Part shown: positions 19,949 through 27,844 of the stretch, piece by piece
How the letters are laid out: each line of letters begins with the position of its first letter
Position numbering within the stretch: position 1 is the first letter of the stretch
Source: an uncultured Acidobacteriota bacterium
Lineage (GTDB): Bacteria; Acidobacteriota; Terriglobia; Acidiferrales; UBA7541
DNA length: 64,000 bases
Direction: 5' to 3'
Assembly (NCBI GenBank): GCA_963789665.1
Contig: CAWBLT010000015.1
Coordinates: forward strand, 34,445-98,444
The notes under the pieces: generated by a model
What the model saw: only the letters and a program-made list of their open reading frames with translations
What the model was told of the DNA's origin: nothing
Databases searched by the model: none
Translations under genes and position numbers: made by a program

Positions 19949-21388
19949 ATGACCTATGCATCCGACGTTTCAACGAACGAGACCGGCGGTAAAATTCAGG
20001 GAGAACCCTTTCGCGCCATGATGCCAGCCAACGCACCACGAACTCGCATTCTCGTAGCCGACGATCAGCCGGATATCCGCGAGGCTTTGCGGCTGTTGTT
20101 GAAAGGCGAAAAATTTGAGACGGAGACGGTCGCTTCGCCGGCCGCGGTCATGTCCGCGCTGGAGGCGCGCGAGTTCGACGCGCTTCTGATGGACTTGAAT
20201 TACGCGCGCGACACCACTTCCGGCCAGGAGGGCCTGGATCTGCTTTCGAATATTCGCGCGAAAGACAGCACACTGCCCATCATCGTCATGACCGCCTGGG
20301 GCAGTCTGGAACTCGCCGTCGAAGCCATGCGTCGCGGCGCGAAAGACTTCGTGCAGAAGCCCTGGGAAAACGCGCGATTGCTCGCGATCCTGAAAACGCA
20401 GATCGAGCTTTCGCAGGCGTTGCGCAAAGGCCAGCGCCTGGAAGCGGAAAATCGCTTGTTGCGCGCGGATGGCCGCCCGGTGATGATCGCCGAATCCGCG
20501 TCCATGCGTCCGGTGATGGATCTGATCGCGCGCGTGGGCCCTTCGGATGCGAACGTTTTGATCACGGGCGAGCACGGCAGCGGCAAGGAAGTCGTGGCGC
20601 GAACTCTCTACGCGCTTTCTTCGCGCTCCGGCCGGCCGCTGGTCACGGTGAATGCCGGAGGGTTGCCCGAAGGCGTGTTCGAAAGCGAACTGTTCGGCCA
20701 CGTGAAAGGCGCGTTCACCGATGCGAAAGCAGATCGCGTGGGCCGCTTCGAGCTTGCCGATGGCGGCACGCTGTTCCTGGACGAAATTGCCAACGTGCCC
20801 ATGAATCTGCAGGCCAAGCTGCTGCGCGCTTTGGAGACCGGCGAGCTGGAGCGCGTCGGCTCCTCCACCACGCGCCGCGTGGACGTGCGCATTATTTCGG
20901 CGACGAACGCGGACGTGCAAACTGAAGTGAGCGGCGGACGCTTCCGGGAGGATTTGCTGTTTCGCTTGAATACCATCGAAATCCATCTGCCGCCTTTGCG
21001 CGAACGCAAGGAAGACATTCCGCTGCTGGCGCACCATTTCCTGCGGCAATCCGCGCAACGCTATCGCAAGCAGCTCGAAGGGTTCGAGCCGGTGGCACTG
21101 CAGATTTTGCTGGATCATCCCTGGCCCGGAAATATTCGCGAGCTGGACCATTCCGTCGAACGCGCCGTGCTCATGGCCGAAGGTTCCGCCGTCCGCGCGA
21201 GCGATCTGGGTTTGCGTCCCGCCCGCGAGGCCGCTCTGCGGTTGGACGAAATGAGCATCGAAGACGTCGAGCGCGTGCTGATCCAGAAAGCGCTGGCGCG
21301 TTTTGGCGGCAACGTAAGCCACGCCAGCAAGGCCCTGGGCTTGAGCCGCAGCGCCCTCTACCGCCGTTTACAGAAATATAGCCTTTGA
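19949..21388 (+). CDS. sigma54-dependent (NtrC-family) response regulator: receiver + AAA+ + Fis-type HTH
   Basis: 479 aa. Receiver RILVADDQPDIREALRLLLK...MDLNYARDTTSGQEGLDLL. Walker A GEHGSGKE, ELFGHVKGAFTDA (GAFTGA-loop variant), LFLDEI, and a C-terminal HTH ASKALGLSRSALYRRLQKY. Confidence 0.93.
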   Translation: MTYASDVSTNETGGKIQGEPFRAMMPANAPRTRILVADDQPDIREALRLLLKGEKFETETVASPAAVMSALEAREFDALLMDLNYARDTTSGQEGLDLLSNIRAKDSTLPIIVMTAWGSLELAVEAMRRGAKDFVQKPWENARLLAILKTQIELSQALRKGQRLEAENRLLRADGRPVMIAESASMRPVMDLIARVGPSDANVLITGEHGSGKEVVARTLYALSSRSGRPLVTVNAGGLPEGVFESELFGHVKGAFTDAKADRVGRFELADGGTLFLDEIANVPMNLQAKLLRALETGELERVGSSTTRRVDVRIISATNADVQTEVSGGRFREDLLFRLNTIEIHLPPLRERKEDIPLLAHHFLRQSAQRYRKQLEGFEPVALQILLDHPWPGNIRELDHSVERAVLMAEGSAVRASDLGLRPAREAALRLDEMSIEDVERVLIQKALARFGGNVSHASKALGLSRSALYRRLQKYSL

Positions 21389-22704
21389 CGCCTCTGCTCT
21401 ATGAACGCCGGATCTTGCTGCTGGCCCTGGCCGCGGGGCTGGGCGGCACGCTTGTAGCTCTGATTCTGCTGTGGACGGGAAGTTTTTCCTCCAAGCTGCA
21501 GTGGACCCTGACGGTGGCGATGGTCATCACCTGGCTCAGCTTTGCATTTTCGGCGCAAAGCCGCGTCATGTTTCCCTTGCGCACGCTTTCGAACCTGCTC
21601 GCGGCGCTGCGTGAAGGGGATTTTTCCATTCGCGCGCGCGGCGCGAATCGCGAAGACGTGCTCGGCGAAGTGCTGTGGGAAGTAAACGCGCTGGGTGAAA
21701 CGCTGCGCAAGCAGAGGCTCGGCGCGCTGGAAGCCACCGCGCTGCTGCGCAAGGTAATGGAGGAAATTGACGTCGCGGTCTTTGCATTCGACGGCGCGGG
21801 CTGTCTGCGCCTGGTGAATCGCGCGGGCGAACGCATCCTCAGCCAGCCGGAGGATCGCATTCTCGGACACACCGCGATCGAGTTGGGACTTTCGGAATGC
21901 CTGGAAGGCGAAACGCCGCGCATCGCGCAAATCGCTTTTCCGGGAAAATCCGGACGCTGGGAAATTCACCGCGGAAGTTTTCGCGAAGCCGGGCTGCCGC
22001 ACCAGTTGCTGGTGATCACCGATTTAAGCCGCGCCTTGCGTGACGAAGAGCGCCAGGCCTGGCAACGCCTGATCCGCGTCCTCGGCCACGAACTGAATAA
22101 TTCTCTCGCGCCCATCAAATCGGTCGCGGAGAATTTGGGCAGCATGCTCGGTCGCGAAGATCGCGCGCCGGATTGGCAGGAAGACATGCGCAGCGGCCTC
22201 AACGTGATCGCCGCACGCACCGATGGCCTGGCGCGTTTCATGAACGCCTACGCGCGGCTGGCCAAGCTTCCGCCGCCGGTTTTTCAGCCGATGAATGTCG
22301 GCGTGTGGGTGCGCCGTGTGGTGGGACTGGAGCCGCGCCTCCCCGTGCAGCTGCAAGCCGGCCCCGAGACCGAAATTCAAGCCGATCCCGATCAGCTCGA
22401 GCAGCTATTGATCAATCTGCTGCACAACGCCGTGGACGCCGCGCTGGAAACGGGCGGCGGCGTGCGCGTGGGATGGGAACGCCAGAACGGCAGCATCGAA
22501 GTGTGGGTTCAGGATGACGGCCCGGGAATTCCCAGCGCCGCGAATCTTTTCGTGCCATTTTTCACAACCAAGCAGGGAGGCTCGGGAATCGGTCTGGTTC
22601 TGAGCCGGCAGATCGCCGAAGCCCACGGCGGCTCGCTCACTCTTGAGAATCGCCCCACGCATCGTGGCTCCGAAGCTCGTCTGCGCCTCCCGCTCAGTAA
22701 TTAG
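21385..22704 (+). CDS. sensor histidine kinase (2 TM + HAMP-like + PAS-like + HisKA + HATPase; NtrY-like layout)
   Basis: 439 aa. H-box LGHELNNSLAPIKS, N-box LLHNAVDA, G1 DDGPGI, G2 GGSGIGLVLSRQIAEAHGG. The TTG start overlaps the regulator's stop (TTGA). Confidence 0.88.
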   Translation: MTPLLYERRILLLALAAGLGGTLVALILLWTGSFSSKLQWTLTVAMVITWLSFAFSAQSRVMFPLRTLSNLLAALREGDFSIRARGANREDVLGEVLWEVNALGETLRKQRLGALEATALLRKVMEEIDVAVFAFDGAGCLRLVNRAGERILSQPEDRILGHTAIELGLSECLEGETPRIAQIAFPGKSGRWEIHRGSFREAGLPHQLLVITDLSRALRDEERQAWQRLIRVLGHELNNSLAPIKSVAENLGSMLGREDRAPDWQEDMRSGLNVIAARTDGLARFMNAYARLAKLPPPVFQPMNVGVWVRRVVGLEPRLPVQLQAGPETEIQADPDQLEQLLINLLHNAVDAALETGGGVRVGWERQNGSIEVWVQDDGPGIPSAANLFVPFFTTKQGGSGIGLVLSRQIAEAHGGSLTLENRPTHRGSEARLRLPLSN

Positions 22705-22755
22705 AGGCTGTCTTGCGCTGCGCACCCGGACGCAGATTGGCAGAGCGGCAGGGGC

Positions 22756-22794
22756 AAAAAAAAACCGGCGGTTGGATGGCCATCCAACCGCCGG
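22756..22794 (-). terminator. rho-independent terminator between convergent genes
   Basis: Perfect 15-bp palindrome CCGGCGGTTGGATGG/CCATCCAACCGCCGG (22765-22794), flanked by A9 on the + strand (22756-22764). That run is a U9 tract directly after the hairpin on the - strand transcript. Confidence 0.75.
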
Positions 22795-22816
22795 CGTTCA
22801 GAGGAGGAGAACTCGT

Positions 22817-24565
22817 TTACTGTTGCTGTTGTTGCTGCGGCTGTTGCGCATCCTTCTTTGCCAAGTCCGCTTTCGTCGGGTCCGCCGAGATGCCCGTGCC
22901 GGGCTTCTGATATCGCGTCAGGAACGGCATGAACGGCGTGACTTCGAACGGCATCTTTTCACGCGCCGAGAGCAGCGGAATGGGTTTCGCTTTCACCAAC
23001 TCGACATGATCGTTCCAGGGATCGAGCTTGATGCGCGCACCCACCGGAAGAGCGGAGATCTGATCAATCTTCGTGGGGTCGAGCGTCGGAGCGGCGCCCA
23101 ATAGCGCTGCGCTCAGCGACACACGATTACCGAGGTGCGGATTAATCAGGGCCGGCAAATTCTTCGATTGCGCGTCCAGTTGCTTCAGGAAAAGTCCGGC
23201 GCTTCCGAGCTTGTCCTTGTAAGGAGAGTTTTTCAGCAATGCCAGAGCCTTCTCATTGGCCATTTGTATTTGCGCCGGGCTGTCCTTGAACGAAAAACGA
23301 GCCAGCGCTTCCGTGGTGGTTACGTTGGTGGTGTCGTTGAATCCCCACTGATCAGTGGAAGGCTTGGTCACGATGATGTCTGCCAATTCCTGCGCGAGCA
23401 TGGTCGCCAGGCTGGCTTCGTCCGGCAGCACGTCCAGCAATCCACGGCTCAGCACGATGGTATGCCCGATCGAAAACATTTCCAGAGTCCCGGTCAGCAG
23501 CACCCGGCAGTGAACTTCCGGCTGCACGTCCAGATTGTTCGTCACTTCCAGGTTATTCACCACCGTCTCCAGCACCTTATCCACTTCTCCTGGAGGCGCG
23601 AGCAAGCCGATGCGCTGCAGGCGATCCAGCACATTCACTTCCGCCACATGCTGCCATTCACGCTGTGCTTCGATGGGTGACTTATCCTGCGATTGCGCGG
23701 CCTGGTCCTGAATCGTGGGCGATTCGATGGTCATCTCGCTGAATTCTTCCTGCCGGCCCACATTCTTCAGGTTGTAGCCCCACAGACGCGTCTGTGCTTT
23801 GAAGCGAATGTCGCCGCCGAAGAAGTCGCGCAGGTCGGATTCCTGGCTATAGATGTATGCTGGCAGCCAAAGTCCCGGCTGGACGTTCAAACGCCAGCTA
23901 TCGAAATGCAGGTTGAACGAATTGATACCCGCGATGGGTGTGTACACGCCGTTAAAACGCACAATCGTGAAAGACTGATCGTCGGCCCACACGCGGCCCT
24001 TGAAGCGGCCTTTTCCGGATTTCGGCAGCGGAGTCACGTCGAACACCACGCAGCGAACTTCGCCCAGGAATTCGCGCCGCACATAGTCAAACTGATAGTG
24101 CTGCCGGTCGAATCCGTTGGTATCGATGTAAATCATCTGCAGGAAGCCTTCTGGCACGTACGAAGAGGTGAACAGCCCGCTCATGTGCGAAATAGGATTG
24201 AATGCGTCGAACTTGCCTTTTCGCCCGCCGAGCATCGAGTTGTCCACGATGCCTTTGGAGAGGTCGGCCTGGCCGAGAAAATAGTGGTCCTTGACCGGGA
24301 TGGCGCCCATCTCCTTGTCCGTCTTCATGTCCTGAATATAGGTTTCGATCAATGGGCTGAAACGCCGGATCGTCGCCACTTCATCGTGTTCGCGGGCGAT
24401 CAAGCGATCGATCGCTTGATCCACGGTTGCCACCGGCGCCGAATTGTTGGCCCCAGCCTGCGGCTGGGTTTGATCAGCCGTTGGCTTGGTCTGTTGCGCG
24501 GAAATCGAACCGGCCAGGAAACCGGCCAGAATTATTGCCAAACCAAAGCTCTTGCACGTGCGCAT
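22817..24565 (-). CDS. secreted protein with a degenerate M48-peptidase-like region (HExxH replaced by QELAD)
   Basis: A signal-peptide-like N-terminus MRTCKSFGLAIILAGFLAGSISAQQ follows AGGGGA. The ORF could also start at TTG 24583 or ATG 24571. The segment EMFSIGHTIVLSRGLLDVLPDEASLATMLAQELADII follows the M48 pattern NAF..G.I.....LL.....DE....V.AHE..H, but both His are lost. The C-terminus is a Q-rich tail. Confidence 0.75.
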   Translation of the reverse strand: MRTCKSFGLAIILAGFLAGSISAQQTKPTADQTQPQAGANNSAPVATVDQAIDRLIAREHDEVATIRRFSPLIETYIQDMKTDKEMGAIPVKDHYFLGQADLSKGIVDNSMLGGRKGKFDAFNPISHMSGLFTSSYVPEGFLQMIYIDTNGFDRQHYQFDYVRREFLGEVRCVVFDVTPLPKSGKGRFKGRVWADDQSFTIVRFNGVYTPIAGINSFNLHFDSWRLNVQPGLWLPAYIYSQESDLRDFFGGDIRFKAQTRLWGYNLKNVGRQEEFSEMTIESPTIQDQAAQSQDKSPIEAQREWQHVAEVNVLDRLQRIGLLAPPGEVDKVLETVVNNLEVTNNLDVQPEVHCRVLLTGTLEMFSIGHTIVLSRGLLDVLPDEASLATMLAQELADIIVTKPSTDQWGFNDTTNVTTTEALARFSFKDSPAQIQMANEKALALLKNSPYKDKLGSAGLFLKQLDAQSKNLPALINPHLGNRVSLSAALLGAAPTLDPTKIDQISALPVGARIKLDPWNDHVELVKAKPIPLLSAREKMPFEVTPFMPFLTRYQKPGTGISADPTKADLAKKDAQQPQQQQQQ

Positions 24566-24579
24566 CTCCATTCCCCTTT

Positions 24580-25641
24580 TCAAGACGCCAATTGGAATAC
24601 GATGTGGACGATGGCGGTCGAATCCACTGTTTGGCCGTCCTGCTGTGCCGGTTTGAAGCGAATCTGTCGGGCTGCCGTTTCCGCGGATTCGTCAAGTCCG
24701 TAACCCAGACCCTGCACGACACGTAGGACCTTGACGTCCCCCGACGCCGTGAAAACCACCTGCAAAAGAACTTCGCCTTCGATGTTCTTAGCCTTGGCTT
24801 CGTTTGAATACGCTGGTTTTGGCTTGAAGAGGATTTCGACCGGCGTCGTTTTCGCCGCAACATTCGCCGTCTGCCTGATTTTCGGCGCTGCCACGGCCGT
24901 GCCCTGGTCGGAGAACCCACCCTGCTGCACTGAGCCGTGTGGTGGGCCGCCTGGACCCCCCACTGCCACACCGTTACCAAACCCGGTGCTGGCGATCACG
25001 CCCTTTGCGCCTTTCGCGCCGCCTGTCCCGTTGCCGGTGCCAGGCCCCGTGGGCATGTCGTAGGCGCCTTGAATATTGATGTTCGCGGCCTTGTTTGTCT
25101 TACCGTTGGTCGGCACGCCGTTGGGATCGCCGAATCCGCCCGTCTGCACTGCTTCGCGCGGTTTCTTCAAAGTTGGAATTGCCGAACTGCCCATGGACAT
25201 CGGCGGCGTTGGATCCGGAAAAGCCTTGGCCACTTCCGTCATGTCCGGCGGCGTGTCCTTGCGCACAGCCGGTTTCTTGACGATCGGCGCTGTGGCGACC
25301 ACCGGCGCGTAGATTCGCGGCTTCGGCAGTTCCACTACTGGTTCCAGCTTCGGCTTGGGAATTTCCTTCACAACTGTGTGCTTCACGGGAACGGGTTTTG
25401 CTGCCGGCTGCGGTGGCTGCGGCTTCCAGGCGACGATCGGAGGCGCCTCGATCGGCGTCGTCCAATAGCGCTGCACAATGTCGAGCTTTTGCGGCAGCAG
25501 CAGAGGTATCACCACCAGTGCGGTTACCGCTGCTATCTGCAAACCAAATCCGGCGCTGAAAAGGTCCCAACGAGGCTCGGCCTCGGGCAGCAGCGATGCA
25601 TTGAAGACAGCTCGATTTGTAGTCCGTGCCATCACGATCAC
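24580..25641 (-). CDS. tonB: TonB family energy transducer
   Basis: 353 aa. N-terminal TM helix, a Pro/Lys-rich spacer (PPQPAAKPVPVKHTVVKEIPKPKLEP) and a TonB C-terminal domain (PAYSNEAKAKNIEGEVLLQVVFTASGDVKVLRVVQGLGYGLDESAETAARQIRFKPA). GTG 25641 has AAGGA 5 nt upstream; ATG 25632 is the alternative. Confidence 0.88.
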   Translation of the reverse strand: MIVMARTTNRAVFNASLLPEAEPRWDLFSAGFGLQIAAVTALVVIPLLLPQKLDIVQRYWTTPIEAPPIVAWKPQPPQPAAKPVPVKHTVVKEIPKPKLEPVVELPKPRIYAPVVATAPIVKKPAVRKDTPPDMTEVAKAFPDPTPPMSMGSSAIPTLKKPREAVQTGGFGDPNGVPTNGKTNKAANINIQGAYDMPTGPGTGNGTGGAKGAKGVIASTGFGNGVAVGGPGGPPHGSVQQGGFSDQGTAVAAPKIRQTANVAAKTTPVEILFKPKPAYSNEAKAKNIEGEVLLQVVFTASGDVKVLRVVQGLGYGLDESAETAARQIRFKPAQQDGQTVDSTAIVHIVFQLAS

Positions 25642-25699
25642 CAGGATCCTTGGATCAAGAAATTAAGATGCGTCGAGACAGAATTGCGGTTGACCGTTC

Positions 25700-25862
25700 A
25701 TTAGTACTAGAACGAGGGGCTGGGGAAAATAGGACTCAAGTACTATTCTACCCCCAGTCGTGTTGAAAGCGATAACCCAAGAGCTGGGGGTACCTGGAAG
25801 GTTAGCCCTTCGGTGGTTTCGTTGCGGAAAGTCCACCCACATGGATGCTCCCATGTACTAAT
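25700..25862. ncRNA. candidate structured RNA element (family unknown, strand unresolved)
   Basis: Closing helix ATTAGTAC (25700-25707) / GTACTAAT (25855-25862). Inside it: TACCCCCAG (25749-57) / CTGGGGGTA (25784-92), with a competing CTGGGG at 25720-25; GAAGG/CCTTC (25797-25811); GGTGGTTTC...GAAA-CCACC (25812-25837); ACATGG/CCATGT (25839-25856). No credible ORF. Confidence 0.25.
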
Positions 25863-25910
25863 CTAACCCGGCCGGACGGATCAGTTGCGGAATTTAATGG
25901 ATGATGTGAC

Positions 25911-25966
25911 GTAAGTGCGGGGGCACGACCGTGGCCGGCCATGCCCCCTGCACTCACTGTTTTTTT
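25911..25966 (+). terminator. rho-independent terminator oriented on the + strand
   Basis: A GC-rich stem GTAAGTGC-GGGGGCA...TGCCCCC-GCACTCAC (25911-25957, with one A.C mismatch and small bulges) is followed directly by TGTTTTTTT (25958-25966). There is no U tract in the - strand orientation. Confidence 0.5.
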
Positions 25967-25983
25967 GACAGAACTGCTGGAGC

Positions 25984-27492
25984 TTAATGCGGCTGGACGA
26001 CCGAATATCCCGTCACGCCGCCATGATTCACCAGCAACAACACTGGCTGACTCCCTGCGCCGGCGATCGCTTGCCGGTAATCGCTTACGCTCCGGATCGG
26101 CTTGTGATTGATTTCCTGGATCACGTCGCCGCGACCGATGGGAGGCTGCGCCGCCGCTGCTGGGCTGGAAGGATCCACGGCAGTAACCACCACTCCGTGA
26201 ACTCCCGCGCTCAGGTTGAGTTGCTGCGCGATCTCCGGAGTGAGTTCATCAACTTCCACTCCCTCGAGTCCGCCTCCGCTCTCGGTGCCGCTGTTGTCCG
26301 CAGTTTCTGTCTTTTCCGGCAATTCACCCAGCGCCACGGTGTAGTCCTGCACCTTTCCGTCGCGCCACACATCCAGCTTCACCGAAGTGCCCGGCGCCAT
26401 CTGCGAAATGCGCAGCCGCAGGTCCACGTAGTCGCTGACCGCTTGGCCGTTGAGCTTGACGATTACATCGCCCTTCTGCAATCCGGCCTTCGATGCCGGC
26501 GTGTTCGGAGAAACGTCGCCAATCAGCGCGCCGCCACTCAAGTTGTAGTTGAAAGCCTTGGCGATTTCCGGCGACAAGTCCTGAATATGCACTCCCAGGT
26601 ATCCGCGCACCACTTTGCCGTGCGACAGAATTTGATCCATCACCGGCTTGGCCATGCTCATCGGAATCGCGAATCCCACGCCTTCGTTGCCGCCCGAGCC
26701 GTGCGAAAGAATCGCGGTGTTGATGCCCACCAGGTTGCCGTGAATATCAATCATCGCCCCGCCGGAATTTCCCGGATTAATCGCGGCATCGGTCTGGATG
26801 AAATTCTCGTAGTCCTCAATTCCCAGTTGTCCGCGGCCCGTGGCGCTGACGATTCCCATGGTGGCCGTCTCGCCAATTCCGAAGGGATCACCGATCGCGA
26901 AAATCAAATCTCCGACGCTGAGCTGCGAAGAATCACCCAGCGGAAGAGTCGGCAAACCGCTCGCTTCGATCTTCAGCACCGCGATGTCCGTTTTGGGATC
27001 GGCGCCCACCAGCTTGGCTTTGAATTCGCGCTTGTCACTCAGTTGCACCTTGATGTCCGTAGCGCCATCAATCACATGATTGTTCGTCAAAATCGTGCCA
27101 TCCGGTGTGACGATCACTCCCGAACCCAGAGCCTGCTCGCGCTCCGCGTGCGGTTTGCCTCCACCGAACTGATCGCCGAAAAACTGGCGGAATGTCGGAT
27201 CGTTGAAAAATGGCGACATCTGGTTTCCCTGCGACTTCACCATTTTTGAGGTGCGAATGTTCACAACCGCGGGCAATGCCGGCTTGATCACTGCGGAAAA
27301 TCCGTTAGCGAAATTTCCCAGGCTCACCGGCAGCGCGTTTTGCGCGATGGCGATCGGCTCTCGGGGCGAGCCCAGGACGGTGTGACCCGCCCAGTCCCGG
27401 AATCCTTGCGAGAGGAGGGCTCCCCCCGCGAATGCCGCGATCACCACTATAGTGGCTACCCAGCGGCGAATACTGAAGGTACTGCGTTCCAT
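25984..27492 (-). CDS. htrA: HtrA/DegP-family periplasmic serine endoprotease with two PDZ domains
   Basis: 502 aa. N-terminal TM/signal, trypsin-like core with GNSGGAMIDIHGNLVGINTAI, then two PDZ-like segments. AAGGAGAG lies 6 nt before the ATG. Confidence 0.95.
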   Translation of the reverse strand: MERSTFSIRRWVATIVVIAAFAGGALLSQGFRDWAGHTVLGSPREPIAIAQNALPVSLGNFANGFSAVIKPALPAVVNIRTSKMVKSQGNQMSPFFNDPTFRQFFGDQFGGGKPHAEREQALGSGVIVTPDGTILTNNHVIDGATDIKVQLSDKREFKAKLVGADPKTDIAVLKIEASGLPTLPLGDSSQLSVGDLIFAIGDPFGIGETATMGIVSATGRGQLGIEDYENFIQTDAAINPGNSGGAMIDIHGNLVGINTAILSHGSGGNEGVGFAIPMSMAKPVMDQILSHGKVVRGYLGVHIQDLSPEIAKAFNYNLSGGALIGDVSPNTPASKAGLQKGDVIVKLNGQAVSDYVDLRLRISQMAPGTSVKLDVWRDGKVQDYTVALGELPEKTETADNSGTESGGGLEGVEVDELTPEIAQQLNLSAGVHGVVVTAVDPSSPAAAAQPPIGRGDVIQEINHKPIRSVSDYRQAIAGAGSQPVLLLVNHGGVTGYSVVQPH

Positions 27493-27530
27493 GGCTATCT
27501 CTCCTTGATTTCGTCTTCTCTGAGTCTTCG

Positions 27531-27573
27531 ATTATATCGCGCGGAGCGCTACGTTGGCGCTACAGCGATTATA
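27531..27573 (-). promoter_or_regulatory. two candidate -10 boxes for htrA
   Basis: On the - strand, TATAATCG occurs twice (+ strand ATTATA at 27531-27536 and 27568-27573), 37 bp apart and 40-80 nt upstream of the htrA start. The -35 matches are weak. A GGAAC...TCAAA ECF-like pair lies at about 27580-27608, but its spacer is longer than canonical. Confidence 0.3.
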
Positions 27574-27844
27574 GTATTTGACGTACCAGCAGGGAATAAG
27601 TGTTCCGGCCGGCCCGCTGGGAAGCACGCTTCGCTCCCCGCTATATAGATGCAAGGAATGGTTTTGGGGTTCCCTGAGCGATTTTGTTCGCCATCCGTCT
27701 AAAGCCTTGGCTCTGGTATCCTTAATATGCTCTGCTGTACCGTGTGTGCCGCGCTAGATCGTATCCAGGCGTGGCGTCGCATCGCAGCCGCCGGATTGTT
27801 TTTCTACGATTTTCCTGACGCTGAAAATGAAAAGGAGCTTTTGC

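Noticed and set aside
25826-25880. Possible RNase P RNA, because of GGAAAGTCC (25826-25834) and AACCCGGCC (25865-25873).
   Set aside because: The two P4-like strings are only ~40 nt apart instead of ~250 nt. The whole intergenic region (342 nt) lacks the other conserved RNase P helices. The resemblance is coincidental.
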